Positions 61,601-64,000 of a stretch of 64,000 bases of DNA are shown in pieces. The notes beneath the pieces are model-generated. The model was not told the DNA's origin, did no database searches, and worked only from the letters and a program-made list of their open reading frames with translations. Numbering within the stretch: the stretch's first letter is position 1; every line of letters starts with the position of its first letter. The translations under genes and the position numbers were made by a program. The DNA is from Spirochaetota bacterium (GTDB lineage Bacteria; Spirochaetota; UBA12135; COTS27), in assembly GCA_965249715.1 (NCBI GenBank), contig CBDFMP010000047.1, positions 51,922 to 115,921 on the forward strand, written 5' to 3'.

Positions 61601-63817
61601 CAAACACTCACCCCAAGTTTGAACGCCGAGCTTGACACCATCACCCTTGCAGGTACCAATACCTACTCGGGCACAGGTGCTATCAATGGCATTGACACTG
61701 TCCTCCCAGCTGGTTTCACCATCACCCCAGTAGGCAGTACGGATTTCACCGACCCCGATGGTGATGACATCACTGAAACCAATGCCACCTTAACTACATC
61801 GCTCACCATTGCTGAAACGGGTACGGATAACAGCAATGATTACAGCATTATGCTGGACTTAGCCGCACTCACCTTGTTTGATGAAACGTTCCTCAGTCTC
61901 AATGACGCTGACGGCAACACCGTCACCGCTGATAATGCCATCATCGTAGCCACAACTGAAGACCCTGACCCAGCTGTCAGCTCAGGCGCCATCACGCTTA
62001 GTCAAATCACAAACTTGTGTACCGCCCCGCCCTGCAGTGATGCTGAATCGGATGCTGTTGTCGGTACGCTCATTCTTACTAAGGATAACGCTTTTAGCGT
62101 TGCGTTCAGCGCCACTTTCAGCGATGACGACACCACCGCCACACTCAGTCTCCCCGATCAAATTGGTGCGACAAATACAAACGTTGATTTTGATGCTGCA
62201 ACCAATATCACCATCACCCGCGGCGATAATGCTGTCATCACTTATACCCTCAGTGCTACTTACAGCAGCACTGCCGTTAATGACATCATCGCCAATGCAG
62301 GCGGCGTGCCTGCCCTTATTGAGGCTACATTCAGTGGACGTGACCTCAGCGCCGAGCTCAGCGCTGACGACAGCACCATCGCACTCAGCGGCACCAATGC
62401 CGCAACAGCCATCGACGCTGACCCCCCAGCAGGTGCCATTAACGCCAGTAGTCTTCTGCCAGCTGGCTTCGCGGTCACTAAAACTGACGGCACAGCTTAT
62501 ACCTTTGCTGACCCTGACGGTGAAAACACCAATGATTATGACGCCACCCCGCTAGCTGAAGGCATGCTGAGCATTGCTGAACGCGTGGATAATGGCGACG
62601 GCACCTTCGGCGATGTTGTAGGCAATAATGAAACCAATTTCTCCGTTATGCTGACATTAGAAGAATACAGCGACTTCGGTATGCTTTTTTTCACCATCAA
62701 TGATCCAGCCGGTAATGAACTCACAGGCGCTTCACTCAGCGTAACAACAGCCGCCACCACCGGCACCATCGCCATTAGCGGTCTTACTAATGTCTGTGCC
62801 GCCCCGCCCTGCGCGAACGCAGAAGCGAATATCGGCACGCTCGCTCTTAGTAATGATGCTGTAGTGTTCACCGTTACTGACTTCGGAGATTTTGCCAATA
62901 ACGACGGGACCGCTACCCTTATCATCCCAGACCAGGTCAGCGCTACCCAGCTGCTGAGTGTTGCCTTGGGGAACATTACCGTCGCCAATATTGGGGCTGA
63001 CGCCATTACCTATACCATCACCGCCGCTTACAGCAGTACTCCCGTTACTGAGCTTATCGCTAATGTTGGCGGCATATCAGCACTGCTGCCGCCGGCAGCA
63101 GCAACCGTCACTTTGGGCAGCAGTGGAGCAGGTGATAATGCCATACTCAGCTGGGAGAATGATGTTTTAACCATCGTAAACATCCCCAACCTCAGCGGCA
63201 ACACTGAAGCGGGAATGGTGACACTGCCTACTCCCAGCTTATTGCCCGCAGGATTTTACATTAGCTCGACAAGTTACCCCTTTACGGACCCAGTCGGTAC
63301 GGATGACGCCAACATAAATGATGATGCTGCCTTTACCATTGCTGAAGGTGATCCAGGCGATGGTACTGAACAAAACCCGCCCACCATAACCGATAACAAT
63401 AGCAATGTTTATGGTCTGAACATTAATTTTGGCGCAACTCCTCCTGTTATTCTTAGTGCTACAGACCTGAGTATCATCGTTACGGATACGCGCGGCATTG
63501 ATCACAGCATCGCTTCAGCTCAACTGCGCGTTGTCCAGTATGATGCGAATCCCAGCGTGACCATCACTGCCGTTGCTGATATTCGTAACTTTAACGAAGC
63601 AATAACTGCACTTGGGTTACGTGATGGAACAGTTATGCTTGCTGCTGCAACGGGCAGCAGTATTTCCATTGATATAACAGACATCGAAACTACCTTTGTT
63701 GATGCCGCTGGCACGGAATCCATCACGCTTGACCTTGGCAGTTTCAGCGCAACAGAAAATTCTAGTTCCACTACTTATACGTTTATGCTTTACGCTACTG
63801 ACAGCTTATGGCATTGA
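58617..63817 (+). CDS. giant modular surface lipoprotein (paralog of 54092..57445), reading frame interrupted near 60535-60575
   Basis: ORF-track pieces 58617..60746 and 60542..63817 are one gene. The segment 60000-60540 is nearly identical to 61530-62100. The break has two 1-nt insertions relative to the internal paralogous copy at about 62095. Lipobox FTAC-T. About 8 modules start at ISGLTNxCAxPPC...LPDQDGA. Confidence 0.6.
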
Positions 63818-64000
63818 AGTGAACATTGAGCTAGGTGGTAGTGCTGACTATTCGCTGACATGGAAACAAGCAGTCCCATCAGCATCCGTTCATACTATTA
63901 CTCGCTTGCACATAAACCAGCCCGCCGTTGCTTTCACTATTACTGCTGACGGCACGACCAACAATCTCAATGACGTGACCGTAAATATTAACTATTATTA
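63797..64000 (+). pseudogene. continuation or fragment of a paralogous lipoprotein module in a shifted frame
   Basis: After the tga at 63815-63817, GSADYSLTWKQAVPSASVHTITRLHINQPAVAFTITADGTTNNLNDVTVNINYY continues in another frame. It is homologous to the 55300-55460 region (ELDSEVIADMETGVSAPFVIAACDNPTSSIFTIATDGTTNYFANVSGRVNYYYN). Confidence 0.4.

Noticed and set aside
1-64000. IS elements, integrases, phage or plasmid genes
   Set aside because: Looked for transposase or integrase-like ORFs and terminal inverted repeats around the arrays and the GmrSD-like gene and found none. The only long repeats are the gene-junction arrays and the lipoprotein paralogs.

Overview
The window reads as 64 kb of chromosome from a moderate-GC diderm bacterium. 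It has no IS elements, integrases, phage genes or CRISPR.

Gene content, left to right:
- A truncated AT-rich hypothetical gene, then an SDR oxidoreductase and a PhyH-like dioxygenase.
- tRNA-Thr(GGT) and tRNA-Trp(CCA), followed by the classical secE-nusG-rplK-rplA-rplJ-rplL-rpoB-rpoC block. rpoB carries a lineage-specific C4 zinc-ribbon insertion.
- A ZnuA/ZnuC/ZnuB-like metal ABC operon on the minus strand, with Zur-box-like palindromes upstream.
- A lipoprotein, FliJ-like, lytic-transglycosylase and FlbB-like genes, an AlkD-like repair protein, PEP carboxylase, a DegT aminotransferase plus a Gfo/Idh/MocA oxidoreductase, a sirtuin, a GT9 heptosyltransferase, PlsC, 5-formyl-THF cyclo-ligase and an alpha/beta hydrolase.
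- A yejABEF-type peptide ABC operon and a PolB-like exonuclease.
- The rpmH-rnpA-yidD-yidC-jag-mnmE-mnmG block, with a GmrSD-like DUF262/DUF1524 nuclease gene sitting alone between mnmE and mnmG.
- Two giant paralogous surface lipoproteins built from Cys-x-x-Pro-Pro-Cys modules and GLUG-like repeats.

The most unusual signal is structural. Five separate loci carry complex tandem arrays whose 195-520 bp units are mosaics of the terminal (and some internal) fragments of the two flanking genes. One array sits inside the znu operon and another at the end of a giant lipoprotein gene. There are also several simple-sequence tracts: a (GGCAGTT)n array of about 20 units, 14-mer repeats followed by a G9 tract, and a (GATTGC)4 tract. 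rpmH and the second giant lipoprotein show frameshifts, which points to either indel errors in the assembly or ongoing gene decay.
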